From NCBI RefSeq assembly GCF_902713615.1, contig NC_052149.1, positions 125,925,256 through 125,989,255 on the forward strand: DNA of 64,000 nt. The letters run 5' to 3'. This document shows positions 37,806 through 51,186 of this stretch, piece after piece. The stretch is from Scyliorhinus canicula. Its lineage: Eukaryota. The translations under genes were made by a program, and so were the position numbers. Every line of letters starts with the position of its first letter. Positions within the stretch are counted from its first letter, which is position 1. Under the pieces are notes generated by a model. The model worked only from the letters and a program-made list of their open reading frames with translations, was not told the origin of the DNA and did not search any database.

Positions 37806-38490
37806 TGTGATTGTGACGTGTGATGTATCTGTGTACACAGACTGGATTGTGAAGTGTGATGTACCTGTGTACACAGACTGGATTGTGAATTGTGATGTAT
37901 CTGTGTACACAGACTGGATTGTGAAGTGTGATGTACCTGTGTACACAGACTGGATTGTGAAGTATGATGTACCTGTGTACACAGACTGGATTGTGAATTG
38001 TGATGTATCTGTGTACACAGACTGGATTGTGAAGTGTGATGTACCTGTGTACACAGACTGGATTGTGAAGTGTGATGTACCTGTGCACACATACTGGATT
38101 ATGAAGTGTGATGTACCTGTGTACACGGACTAGATTGTGAAGTGAGATGTACCTGTGTACACAGACTGGATTGTGAAGTGTGATGTACCTGTGCACACAG
38201 CCCTGATTGTGAAGTGTGATGTACCTGTGTACACAGCCTGGATTATGAAGTGTGATGTACCTGTGTACACGGACTGGATTGTGACGTGTGATGTACCTGT
38301 GTACAGACTGGATTGTGAAGTGTGATGTACCTGTGTACACAGACTGGATTGTGAAGTGTGATGTACCTGTGCACACAGACTGGATTGTGACGTGTGATGT
38401 ATCTGTGTACACAGACTGGATTGTGAAGTGTGATGTATCTGTGTACACAGACTGGATTGTGAAGTGTGATGTATCTGTGTATACATATTG
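37806..38490. repeat. 36-bp tandem array (~19 copies)
   Basis: Unit GTGTACACAGACTGGATTGTGAAGTGTGATGTACCT. Confidence 0.9.
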
Positions 38491-39685
38491 AACCATGAAG
38501 TGTGTTGCTGCTGTGTACAAAGATTGGATTGTGAAATGCATACTCACTGGAAAGGAATATTTTGTGCCAAAATAAAACTCACTGATTATCATCTGAATAA
38601 ATATTTTATTGTTGTTTTAAATGGATCTTTATACTTTGTCTGTTCGGAAATTCAGAGGGAGAGATGGAACTCAGGTCGTTACATTCTTCACTAAATATTC
38701 TTTCAGCTCCTTAATGAGAGCCCTGGAGCTGGAAAGGGAAACAGAGAAAGACATCTTTTCAAGAAGCTCATGTACACAATGTCCATTGTCCATTACCCAC
38801 TAATGACACTCCGTCTACATTCAACTCATTGTTTAAACTCCAGCCCACCTCCTGTTCCTATCCATATGTTTCAGTCAGGGAGCCAGATATGTCTAGCAGT
38901 GCAGGAGGAGGCCATTCAGCCCCTCGGGTCTGTGCTAGCTGTTTAATAGAGTCATTCACAACTAACATCTCAGTTTAATGTCTGTTATGGGGAAGTGACT
39001 GTAATCTGTGATTAGACACAAAATGAGTGAGAAATATGAACTGATCCGAGAGAGTCAGCATGGATTTAAAAAGGGTCAGACATGGTTCACTAACATGGTT
39101 ACATTTGTTAACGAGGTCACTAATGTGGCAGATATGGGAATGTCTGTGAATGTTATTTATTTCCAGAAGACATTCTAGAAGGTTCCACATGAGAGGCTGT
39201 TTGAGGAGATCTTTTTCCAAGGATAAAGAATTGGTTAAGATGTCAGAAACAGGGAATGGGGATAATGTCTGTGTGTTCCAAGCTTAAGTCTCAGCTTCTC
39301 ATTCTATTTATCAATGACTTGGATGAAAGAATAGATAACACGATTACTGACCAAAGAAAGAGAAATCAGAGTCTTTTCTAAATGGTGGGAAGCTGGGAAT
39401 TGTGGAGGAACAGAGAGATGAGGCCAATGTTGTAAAGAGTCTGGTTGAGCAGCAGACAGCTCAGGGAGAGGGATGGAGTTTGTATCGGGAGCTGAAGACG
39501 ATGGCTTTGATCTTCCCAATGTGTTTCCCAGTGAGCCTGGCTCCTCAGTCCTGACTGCTCTTAGCTGCTGTTCTTTTCACTGATTGGACAGTTATTGTTA
39601 GAGATTCAGACCACAGCAGAAACCCCCAGTGTAAAAAATAACAGCAAAGACTGTCAGATCGGAAGATTGAAACGTAACCAACAGA

Positions 39686-39715
39686 GGAAGTGAAAGAAGG
39701 GGCTCAGAGCAGCTG
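39686..39715 (+). promoter_or_regulatory. Candidate enhancer core: EICE plus E-box, right arm
   Basis: GGAAGTGAAA at 39686-39695 (context AGAGGAAGTGAAAG) and CAGCTG at 39710-39715. Confidence 0.45.
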
Positions 39716-40182
39716 GATGTTTGTTACTGACACGGGAGAAAACTGTGAACCGTGTCCACTACCTCGAATCTTCCAGCACAGAAGAAGGCCATTCTGCCCA
39801 TCGTGCTGTGATTTACCCAATTAGTCCCACTCCCCCTCTCTATCCCCATAACCCAGCAAATCTTTCCCTTTCAGGGATATCTCCAATTGCCTCTTGTAGA
39901 CCTGGGTCCACAGCACGAGACTGTCCCTAACCTGGCTCCAAATTGGCATCTCATTCATTCATTGGAAGACAAAATGCCTGGGCTGGGAAATGGAGCTCAG
40001 GGCTCCGAACATTCCCTCTCCCCTCCTGAGGGACACTTCATGCTGGGATACAGTTCCATGGAGCCCCACAGCACAATGTGGGGGAGGCCGTGGTGTAGTG
40101 GTAATGTCACTGGACTAGTAATCCAGAGGCCCAGGCTAATGCTCTGGTCACAGGTTCAAATCCCACCATGGCAGCTGGTGGA

Positions 40183-40533
40183 CACACAGAATGACCAGTA
40201 AGCACACAGAACACAGCAGCCAATCATCAGACAGGACACGACCACTATAAAGCCAGAGGGCACCAGTTTTCCCGCTCTCTCGGGATCCAGCCTCTGAGAC
40301 AGTCAGAGCTCATGAGCATAACCTGTGCAATCACCATGTGGTAGTCAGTTAGTCTGGTCAGGCTAGCATCAGGTCTCCAGTCAAGTCAGCATAGTGTCAA
40401 CCCACAGTTGAACATGTATAATAGTTTAGATGTTAAATAAAATCGTGTTGCATCTCATCAAGTGTTGGAAGTCTGTCTCTCGCTACACTGCATCAAACGC
40501 AGTCCACATTGACCCGGCCTGTCCAACACATCA
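40183..40533 (+). mobile_element. LTR fragment specific to the right arm
   Basis: CCAAT, TATAAA, AATAAA, ends ...AACACATCA; replaces ~70 bp present in the left arm; layout resembles 55682-56103. Confidence 0.6.
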
Positions 40534-40534
40534 G

Positions 40535-43500
40535 AAACCATTGTCGATTGTCGTAACATACCCGTCTGGTTCACTAATGTCCTTTAGGGAAGGGAATCTG
40601 CCGTCCTTACCTGGTCTGGCCTACATGTGACTCCAGACCCACAGCAATGTGGTTGACTCTGAAATAGCCACTCAGTTGTATCAAACCGCTGAAAATTCTA
40701 AAAGGAATGAAACCGAACAGACCACCCGACATCGACATAGACCCCGGAAACAACAACGGCAAACCCAGCCCTGTCGACCCTGCAAAGGCCTCCTTCCTGA
40801 TATCTGGGGACATGTGTCAGAATTGGGGGAGCTGTCCCACTGACTGGTCAGACACAGTCATACTTTCAGAATTATGCCTCACAGATAATGCGCGCAATTC
40901 TCCGGAAACATTTCAAAGTGTTAGCGAGCGGGAATTGCTGCAAAGTTCCCGGCTCTCAGCCCAGCGAGCCGGCAACTCTATTCCGCGTTAATTGGTCCAT
41001 TGACGAGGCCTCACGGATTTCTTGTCTCAAATAAAGGCTCGCCAGCTGATTCAACGATACCACGTTCGCTAACCCCCCACTCACAAAGTCGAACAGCACT
41101 TCACCCCTCCATCACCCCCCCCCCCCCCCCCCCCCCCCCCCCACACCCCCCTCTCCCACCACTGTGAACCATGCTTGTAGCTAACGATGCCCTCTCTGTG
41201 TCTCCTCAGGAAAAGCTCTCCCATAACCATCGGGAGAGTGCCCAGACTGGTGGACATAAGAATCGTCACCTCTTTGAGGAGCAGGCCCTGGATGTGACGG
41301 TGTAGCCGAGGACAGAATAGTCACCCACACGGAGGCTGGCGGATGCTGCTGATGTGAGGGACCACCAGAATCCACCCAGGGACCTGTCAAACGTGAGTTA
41401 TTATTCCCTTACTGACTGGTCCATCCCTCCCACTGACCACATGTCCATTCTCCCGCAAGTCCTCCAGCCGACGGCACCAGCCCTTCCCGTGAGGCCTCCT
41501 CTCCTGACTCCGAGCAGAACACCTCAGAGGAGATCTCCAAGGATACAACCTTTATAATTGTGTCACAGCTGTCATCTCCCCCTCCACCAGTGCAGATACA
41601 CACACCTCGGTGGAAAACCCATCCCCAGCCGAGGGTCCCTCAACCCCCTCTTTGCCTGTGAGTAACGATGGCTACTCACCTCCTCAGCTCCCCACAGAAG
41701 CCCTTCCGCCAGGTTCACCATTTTAAATGGAGTATTAATCGGCGTCAGCATGACCACTTGCTGGGGAGGCGGCTGAATGATGGGAGGCCGTTGGATATGG
41801 GGTCGCTCCCGTTAATTGTATGGAAATGGGGCTTACGTGGTGATAATTGGTTTCTTGCCGCGCTACGGCGAGATCCTGATTTGGCCTATGGGAGCGGCCG
41901 GTTACATCGCAAACTGTTTAGCACCTGGCACGGATCTCATTTTGTCCTCTCCCGCTGTTCACCGGCCTTGTTTGAACGAGAGCGCAAAGAGGCTGGAGAA
42001 TTGTGGCCAACGTCCCAGATAATATCACCATTCCCTGGGTATGTCCTGTCTCACCAGCAGGACAGACTCAGCAGAGGTGGGGGCAAAGTGGTATACTGTC
42101 GGGAGGAGAATGTGCAAACTCCACACAGACAGTGACCCAGGGCCGGGATTCGAACCCGGGTCCTCAGCGCCGTAGGCAGCAATGCTAACCACTGTGCCAC
42201 CGTGCTGCCCCGGGACAAACATACTTGGCCTCATCCTCAACAATCTGCATTCCACAGATACATCTGTCCATGACAGTATCGGTAGGAGTGACCACCACAC
42301 AGTCCTTGTGGAGACAAAGATCCATCTTCATATTGAGGACACACTCTATTCTGTTGTGTGGCACTACCACAGTGCTAAATGGGATAGATTCAGAACAGAT
42401 CTAGTAACTCAATACTGGGCATCCATGAGGTGGTGTGGGTCATCAGCAGCAGCAGAATTGGACTGGACCACCATCTGCAACCTCATGACTCTGCATATCT
42501 CCCACTCTACCATTATCACTGAGCCAGGGGTGCAACCCTGGTTTAATGAAGAGTGCAGGAGAGCACGCCAGGAACAACACCAGGCAATCTGGTGCATTAC
42601 AACACAGGACTACTTGTGTATCAAACAGCGCTTTCAGCTAGTGACAGACAGCTAAACGATCCCACAACCAATGGATAAGATCTAAGCTCTGCAGTCCTGC
42701 CACATCCAGCTGTGAATGCTGATGGACAATTAAACAACTCACTGGAGGAGGAGGCTCCACAAATATCCTCATCCTCAATGATGGAAGAACCCAGTGCATT
42801 CGTACTAAAGACAAGGCGGAAGCATTCACAACAATCTTCAGCCAGAAGGGCCGAGTGGATGATCCATCTCGGTCTCCTCCTGAGGTCTCCATATCACAGA
42901 TGTCAGTCTTCAGCCAATACGATTCACTCCACGTGATATTAATAAACGGCTGAAGGCACTGGATACTCAAAGCCTATGGGCCCTGACAATATTCCAGCAA
43001 TAGTATTGAAGACTTGTGCTCCAGAACTTGCTGCACCCCTAGCAAGGCAGCATTTGACCGAGTCTGGCATCAAGGAGCCCAAGCTAAACTGGAGTCAATG
43101 AGAATTGGGGGCAAAACCATCCGCTGGTTGGTCTCATACACGGCACAAAGGAAGATGGTTGCTGTAGTTGGAGGTCAATCATCTCAGCTTCAGGACATAA
43201 CTGCAGGAGTTGCTCAGGGTAGTGTCCAAAGCCCAACCATCTTCAGCTGCTTCATCAATGACCTCCCTTCCATCATAAGGTCAGAAGTGGGGATGTTTGC
43301 GGATGATTGCACAATGTTCAGCACCATTCACGACTCCTCAGATAATGAAGCAGTCCTTGTCCAAGTGCAGTAAGACTGGACAGTATCCAGAGTTGATTTG
43401 ACAAGTGGTAAGTAACATTAACACCACAGAAATGCCAGGCAATGTCCATCTCCAACAAGAGAGAATCCAACCATTGCCTCGTGACATTCAATGAATTGTG

Positions 43501-43880
43501 TACCATCATTGAATCCCCCATTATTAACATCCTGGGAGTTTACCATGAACCAGATACTGAACTGGGCGAGCCACATAAATAGCAAAGTCATCATAGTCCC
43601 AGATGACCATAGGCTGCTTTCCCCTTAGACAGGGAGATCTGGCTGGTGGTGATTTAACCTGAGGGACACCACACCTCAGGCGAGCGACAAGGTTCAGAAT
43701 TCAGGATCAAAATGCAGGAATGCCCTCCCTAACAGCACTGTGGGTGTACCTACGACTCAGGGTCTGTAGCGGTTCAAGAAGGCAGCTCATCACCACATCC
43801 GCTGGGGCAATTAGGGATGGGCAATAAATGCTGATCCAGCCAGTGACACCCACATCACATGAATGGATACATTAAAAAAA
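40535..43880 (+). mobile_element. Decayed CR1/L2-clade LINE (mirror of the left-arm copy), containing a Harbinger-like fragment at ~40925-42000
   Basis: KAAFDRVWHQG, CFINDLPSIIRSEVGMFADDCTMF; after an AG acceptor at ~41210 the insert reads EKLSHNHRESAQTGG, like the end of Harbinger Myb/SANT domains. Confidence 0.65.
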
Positions 43881-44344
43881 TCTAACATCAGCCTCTTCCC
43901 CATTCTGTTTGGGGCAGTTTGAACCCTTTCATCAGGATATTTGACTGAAGGAGCCATCACTACTTTGTCTAATTCTGTCCCCAAACAAAATCCCCACACA
44001 AAATGAATTTAATTAGTGCCTTAATGTACAAAACATCCCAGGATGTTACGCAGAGCGGCAGTAAGAGGAGCGGGGGAGTTGGGGGTATTTAAGGAAGGTT
44101 AATCGAAGGCTTGGATTGAAGGAAGGAGTTTGATGGGGTGGAGTGACCTGGAGAGGGGGAGGGTTTAAGGGTGAGAGTTCAGAGATCAGGCCCTAGGCAT
44201 CTGAAGGCTCTGCTGTCAATGGTGGGATGAAGGAAGTAGCGATGGGCAGGAGACCAGAGTCAGAGGATGGAAGGGTGAGGGAGGGAATGTGAGTCTGCAG
44301 CAGGATGCAGAGGTAGGGAGGAGTGAGGCCATGGAGGGAATTGG

Positions 44345-44892
44345 AGGTCAGTAAGGTCAGGGGTAAGAGGTCAGTGAGGTTAGGGGCAATAGATCAGTGA
44401 GTTCAAAGGTAACAGGTCAGTGAGATCAGGGCTAACAGATAAGTGATGTAGGGAATAACAGGTCAGTGAGGTCAGAATTAACAGGTCAGTGAGGTCAGAA
44501 TTAACAGGTCAGTGAGGTCAGATTTAACAGGTCAGTGAGGTCAGAATTAACAGGTCAGTGAGGTCAGAATTAACATGTCAGTGAGGTCAGATTTAACAGG
44601 TCAGTGAGGTCAGAATTAACAGGTCAGTGAGGTCAGGGGTAACAGATTAGTGATGTAGGGAATAACAGGTCAGTGAGGTCAGAATTAACAGGTCAGTGAG
44701 GTCAGAATTAACAGGTCAGTGAGGTCAGGGGTAAAAGGTCAGTGAGGTCAGGGGTACCAGCTCAGTGAGGTCAGAATTAACAGGCCAGTGAGTTCAGAAT
44801 TAACAGGTCAGTGAGGTCAGAATTAACAGGTCAGTGAGGTCAGGGGTAACAGATCAGTGAGGTCAGAATTACCAGGTCAGTGAGGTCAGGGG
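44345..44892. repeat. 23-bp tandem array ~1 kb upstream of the cluster 2 promoter
   Basis: Unit ACAGGTCAGTGAGGTCAGAATTA; inverted homologue of 11533-12476. Confidence 0.9.
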
Positions 44893-45740
44893 AGTTCTGG
44901 AATGGCACTTGGGGTGCGAATCTTCGGCCTGTTGTGCTCTCGCTTGAGCTCATCCATCTTTGAGGAAGTCAGAAGGAGGAAAAAGGGGAAGCTGTAGATG
45001 TGATGTACACGGAATTCCAAAAGGTATTTGGTCAGGTGCCACACAAAATGTTACTGCACAAGATATGGGGCTGGATTCTTCGCCGCAAGGTCGCCATGGG
45101 TGGGACGCGGACCCTGTAAAGGTCCTTTGACCTCGGGCGGAATGTCCGGTTACCGGGTGGGTGTGGCTGGAGAATCCCGCCCATGATCCCATGGTATACA
45201 GTGTAATATCTGAATATGGATGTTGGATTTTTTGGTTAACAGAAATCAGGGAGTGGGGTAAATGCTTTGTTATGCGTTGGCAAGCTGCAACTACAGATCA
45301 CGTTAGTCTGCAGGTCCAGCAAGTGATCAGGAAGGGAAATGGAATGTTGGTGTTTATTATAAGAGGAACAGAAAATAAAAACAGGGACATTTTACTGCAG
45401 CTGTACAGGGATAAAAGTCCAGAAGAACGAGACATGATCTCCAATAAAGATATCCTGAGGGGACTAATAGATTGAATGAGATTGTTCCCTCCTCTCAGGT
45501 AGAGGGAGATGAAAACACAAAGGAACAAATAGAGAAATAAAGTGAGGGAGAAAGAGAGATAAAATCAGGGTGAAAGAGAGAGACAGAGAGAGAGTCTGAG
45601 GGACAGGTATCAATGGAGGGAGAGAGGGGGGAGAACAAGCAGATACAGTGAGGCAGGAAGAACAAGACAGAGAGACAGAGAGAGAGGGGGAGAGACAGAA
45701 ACTGAGGGACTGATACTGAGGGAGGGAGTGAGAGAGAAGA

Positions 45741-45836
45741 AGAGGAAGTGAAGGTGCTGACGTGGTGTCTCTGCCTCATACCATTTACATACTGAGGAAC
45801 GGGCTGTCAGACTCTCACAGGCTGCAGCTTTATAAA
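45741..45836 (+). promoter_or_regulatory. V promoter, cluster 2
   Basis: AGAGGAAGTG 45741-45750, TGACGT 45758-45763, ATTTACAT 45783-45790, TATAAA 45831-45836. Confidence 0.75.
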
Positions 45837-45896
45837 GCAGAGCCCAGTGAAGGGAGAGTTTATCAGTAACCAGGCACAGGGACAGGAGCAGACACC

Positions 45897-45945
45897 ATGG
45901 TTTCAGCCATCCAGCTGATCTGGCCTCTGGCATTCTGCATCGCAG
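45897..45945 (+). CDS. IGKV: Leader exon, cluster 2
   Basis: MVSAIQLIWPLAFCIA(G), Kozak-like ACCATGG, GT donor at 45946. Confidence 0.9.
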
Positions 45946-46131
45946 GTACAAATCTCTCTCCTTCCACCTTGAATATTTTCCTGCTCTCCATTTCAATCCA
46001 ATTCTACTGACTTGTGATTGAAGGGAAAATGCTGAAAGCAGAGGAACAGTCAGTGTCTCCAACAATATCTCATTGTACAGGCTCTTTCTGTGACAGTTCT
46101 TACTTCACTCTGTTTCTCTATTACCCCTTAG

Positions 46132-46429
46132 GTATCAGTGGAGACATCATCATGACCCAGTCTCCCCCGGTGTTGTCATTGAGCCTGGGCCAGACCGCAA
46201 CCATCAGCTGTACGGCCAGTCAATCTGTCAGCAATTATGTTAATTGGTATCAACAGCGAGAAGGTCAGAAACCGGCTCTGCTGATCTACCGGGCAACAAC
46301 CCGGTTCACAGGAATATCCGACCGATTCACCGGCAGTGGGTCTGGAACACGATTCACCCTGACAATCAGCAATGTACAGAATGAGGATGTCGCTGATTAT
46401 TACTGTCAGCAAGGTTACAGCAACCCCTA
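46132..46429 (+). CDS. IGKV: Ig kappa-type V exon, cluster 2 (germline, unjoined)
   Basis: 298 nt: [38 protein letters not shown]...[10 protein letters not shown]. Confidence 0.95.
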
Positions 46430-46457
46430 CACAGTGATACAGAGCCTTACAAAAACC
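46430..46457 (+). other. 12-bp-spacer RSS of V2
   Basis: CACAGTG ATACAGAGCCTT ACAAAAACC (consensus heptamer and nonamer). Confidence 0.95.
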
Positions 46458-46798
46458 TCAATATCCACAGCACCACCTCCTCTCCTGACACTAAGCACAG
46501 TTTTATATAATATATGAACAGTTTTATATAAACACAAGAAAGGAACCTGAACACATTATTTTCACCGTCCACTACACACTCCAGTCACTGAAGGCCTCAG
46601 GTTTTTTATTCTCCATGTCCACGTATGAAGAGCAGCTGAAGGATTTATCATTCAAAATTAGACTTTTCAAATCTCCCAACAAAACACAGAGACATTGAGA
46701 GAAACAGAGAGTGAGAAAGAGTGAGAGAGAAAGACATGAGTGAGTGAGAGACAGAGAGAGACAGAGGGTGAGAGTGAGTGAGTGAAGCAGAGAGCAGA

Positions 46799-46837
46799 GG
46801 TTTTTGTACAGCCCCTGCACTGGAAGCTGTCAGTGTG
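46799..46837 (-). other. 23-bp-spacer RSS of J2
   Basis: GGTTTTTGT + 23 nt + CAGTGTG (heptamer CACACTG, consensus nonamer). Confidence 0.92.
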
Positions 46838-46872
46838 GCTTACGTTCGGTAAAGGAACCAAGCTCAGACTGA
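46838..46872 (+). CDS. IGKJ: Ig kappa-type J segment, cluster 2
   Basis: LTFGKGTKLRL(S), GTAAGT donor at 46873. Confidence 0.95.
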
Positions 46873-49800
46873 GTAAGTAAACCCCAATCCTCCGTTATTA
46901 ACCCTTTCAATACTGAAACTTTCTCAAACACAAATGCTGAATAGTTGAAGGTGTTAGTGAGGAGCTGCAGTGAATGAAAAGGTTCATTGAAGAACACTGT
47001 GTAGAACAGGGTGCCCAGCTGTATTTCTTTAGTTCCATTCCCCCCCTTTAAGCAGCAAGATATAAGTAAGCAGCTTTTACCCACCGTGTGGAGGAGATCT
47101 GGACGTTTGCAGACTGTGTTCACATTCCTGGACCATGGAGTGAAATCACTCACTAGACTCCTGTCAGTCTGCGTGTGACAGACACGGGCAGAGTTTGATG
47201 TGAGCTCTGGCTCCCTGTCACACTCTCTGATATAACTGATCACAGCAGCAGCAGCAGCACAGTGAGACACCGAGGTCCCACTTCCCCCAGCTTTAACTCT
47301 GCTCTCTCCACTCCCTGCTTATCTCTTAGCAAAGTTCTGATGACAAACAGGTCCAGCAGGGCTCACAATCCAGTGGCTTCAGTGTTCCAGGCTTTTGGGG
47401 AGACTCTCAGTTACTTTCTCTTTGGGTCGAGTTCAGTCCGATATTTATTCCTGATCCAATATTCCTGAAAATCCCTGGAGATATTTTTATTGTTTGATGT
47501 GATGTGTGATCTCTGGCTGAGCCAGCATTTATTGCCCATCCCTAATTGCCCTTGAACTGAGTGTCTTGCTCGGCCATTCCAGAGGACATTTCAGAGTCAA
47601 CACATTACTGCGGATCTGGAGTCACTTGTAGGCCGGACAAGGTCAGGATGGCAGGTTCCCACTTCAGACACACACATCCCATAAATTAAGTTTAAAAAAT
47701 GGCCCAAACTCCACTTTCCTGTCGGTCCCCATAACCCTTGACCCTCGTCAATCAAAAATCTGTCGAACTCAGCCTGGAATATATTCAATGTCCCAGCATG
47801 CACTGCTCTCTGGGAAAGAGAATTCCAAAAACTAACGACCCTCTGAGAGAAGAAATTCCTCCTCATCTCCACCTTAAATGGAGATCCCTTATTTTTAAAC
47901 TGTATCCACTAATTCTCGATTCCCCACGAGGGGGAAACATTCTCTCAGCATCCACCCTGTCAAGCTCTCTCGGAATCTTATATGTTTCAATAAGATCACC
48001 TCTCATTCTGCAATGAGTACAGATCCAACCAGCTCAACCTTTCCTCATCAGACATTCCATTCCTCAGTGGAATCAGTGGTTACGGGGATAGGGTGCAGGA
48101 GTGGTCCTGAGTAGGGTGCTCTTTCGAGGGCTGCATGGTGGCACAGTGGTTAGCACTGCTGCCTCACGGCGCCAAGGTCCCAGGTACGATCCCGGCTCTG
48201 GGTCACTGTCCGTGTGGAGGTTGCGCATTCTCCCTTTGTTTGCGTGAGTTCCACCCCCACAACCCCAAAATGTACAGGGTAGGTGGATTGGCCACACCAA
48301 ATTGCCTCTTAATTGGAAAAAATGAATTTGGTTTGATAAATTTATTTAATAAAAAAAGAAAATGTAGGGTGCTCTTTCCACTCAATGGGCCGAATGGCCT
48401 CCTTCTGCACTGTAAATTCTATGATTCTATGAGACCAAACCTTTCCCCAGTACACACGGTGTAGTCTCCCCAATGTGCTGTATAGATGGAGCAAGGCTTC
48501 CCTACTTTTATACTCCATCCCCCTTCAGTGGAATCAGCCCAGTGAACCTTCTCTGAACTGCTTCCAATGTCGGAATATCCATCCTTAAGTAAGGAGACCA
48601 ACACTGTGCCCAGTACTCACGGTGTAGTCTCCCCAATGTACTGTATCGATGGAACAAGACTTCCCTACTTTTATACTCCATCCCCCTTGTAATAAAGGAC
48701 AACATTCCATTGACCTTCCTCATCACTTGCTGTACCTGCAGGTTAACGTTCTGTGATTCATACACAAGGACACCCAGATCCCTCTGTACCACAGCTTTCT
48801 GCAGTCTCTCTCCATGTCAATAATATTCTGCTTTTCTATTCTTCCTAATAAAGTGGACAAGCTCACATTTCCCCACATTATACTCCATCTGTCAAATGTT
48901 CTCCCCACTCACTGAACCTATCACTATCCCTTTTCAGACTCTGTATCCTCCTCACAACTTGCTTTCCTACCTATCATTTTATCATCAGCAAATTTAGATA
49001 CAATACTCTCATTGCCTTCATCCAGCTCATTAATATAGATTGGAGAGTTAAAACCCCAAACAACAGCCATCTTCCTTTGTGCTGGGTATGACTCCAACCA
49101 GCGGAGAGTTTCCCCCTGATTCCCATTGACTCCAGTTTTGCTCAGGCTCCTTGATACCAAACTTGGTCAAATGCTGCCTCGAGGTCAAAGGGCAGTTACT
49201 CTGGCCTCACCGCTGGAGTTCAGCTCTTTTGTCCATGTTTGAACCAAGGCTATAATGAGGTCAGGAGCTGTGTGACCCTGGCAGATCCTTAACTGAGCGT
49301 CAGTGAGCAGGTTATTGCTGAGTAAGTGCTACTTGATAACACTGTCATTAACAACACCAATCATTTTGCTGATGATCGCGAGATGACTGATCGACAGTAA
49401 TTGTCCGGATTGGGTTTGTCCAGCTTTTTGTGAACAGGTCACACCTGGGTAACTGGTCGATGCCAGTTATGTATCTAAACTGGAACAGCTTGGCTGGGGG
49501 GTGTGACCTGGACACAAGACCACCAGAAATAGGGGCCGGATTTCTCCAGTGTTGCTATTCAATTATCCCACCAGCAGCACATCACCGCCAGCGGGTTTCA
49601 CAGCGGCATCGGGTGGTTGCTGTGGCAAATCCCATTGACAATCGACGGACAGATATAATCCTGCCGCCAGAGATTGGCACGCAGCCAATAATCACGCAGC
49701 TGGTGAACCGATGTTCCCGCACAGGAGCAAGGATAGATTATTCTGACCCCTGGACACAGAGGCTAATCGTAATCTCACTCTTGACCTGAGCCCAGGGCTG

Positions 49801-51186
49801 GGCAGCAAGGTTTGAAGTGAAATCTAGAACCTTCTACACTGGCAGCCAATCAGTATCCTTTGTGAAGTGTGTTGATCCACGTCTGCTCCAACGTTCTGGG
49901 ATAAATTACTCCGGTTCTGTGTGTGATCTGAGGTTTGTTAATGTTCAACCTGTTCCCCCAGAAATACTGATCAACAGTTTGAGCATCCTGATAGTTTAAT
50001 AGGATTAAATGGGACACTGCATCTTTAAATACTCTCACTATTAACCATTTCAGTGCTGAATTTGTAGTGAACTTCTTTACAAATGTCTAAGTAACATTCC
50101 AAAATGATTTAATAAGCTTAACATCAAACCTTTACCTTCTGACTCTGAACCAATTTGAAATCCAATTTGTCACTTTCCCTTGGATTCCATCAGCTTTTAA
50201 TTTCCAAACCCGTCTGTCATTGGAAACTTGGCAAAATCCTTGGAAAACCCATGTTGTCAACATTAAACTCACTCCCGTCATCAACCCTCCTCGTTCCCTC
50301 CTCATCAAATTCAAAATCGCTCCCTCAGCCTATCCCTTCCTCCCTTTTTAAACAATGGTACAACATTATCATCCACCAGTCCTCTGACACCAAGCCTGTA
50401 GTCAGAGAGGATTGGAAAATAATGGTCAGAGCCTCCGCTATTTCTTCCCTTCCTTCCCTTAGCAGCCTGGGATACATTTCACCCGGGCCTGGGGGTATCA
50501 CCCCTTTCAAAGCTGATAAACACGTTAATATCTCCTCTCTCACTATCTTTATCACATCCAATATTTCACAATTCTCCTCCTCCTGAACTCCAATGTCTGC
50601 TTTGTCCCTCTCATTGGTTAAAGCTGATGTAAATTATTCATTAAGAACCAACTCCATGTTTTCTACCTCCACACACAAGTTACATTTTGCTCTCTAATTG
50701 GTCCCACTCATTCATTAGTTATCCTCTCACAATGTCCCTCACTAATGCTTTGTGTGAACATATTTATTCTGAACTCTCTCTACCTCCAGCTTGAATATCC
50801 TCCCTCTGCTCTGTCACTGTTTCCTGTCCATTTTGGCAAATCCCAGTTTCGGAAAATTGCCCTTTCCCCAATTTAAAACTTTTCCTCTTGGTCTATCTTT
50901 ACCCTTTTCCATAACTACTCTAAATCTAACTGAATTATAATCACTATTACCCAAATACTCTCCCACTGATACCCCTTCTCCTGCCCAGATTCAATCTCTA
51001 AAACTGTCCAAAACTGCTCCTTCTCTTGTTGGGATTGTTCTGTACTGGTTAGAAAGGTTGCTCAGAATGGATTGTCAGAATTCCAGAACATCTATATATT
51101 GACACATGTCTTGATTCCAGTTAATATTTGGGAAGCTGAAATCCTTTATAATGGCAGCGATTAAAATTCCTTCTCTTCTCTTTCAG

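Noticed and set aside
37608-38592. Repetitive ORFs (TSHFTIQSVY..., HRYITLHNPV...)
   Set aside because: Translations of the 36-bp tandem array in several frames.
47258-47264. Lone CACAGTG heptamer in the J-C intron (mirror 6540-6546), reminiscent of the mammalian kappa intron RSS
   Set aside because: No nonamer at 12 or 23 nt, I found no KDE-like 23-RSS downstream of either C, and CACAGTG also occurs in local SINEs; not supportable.
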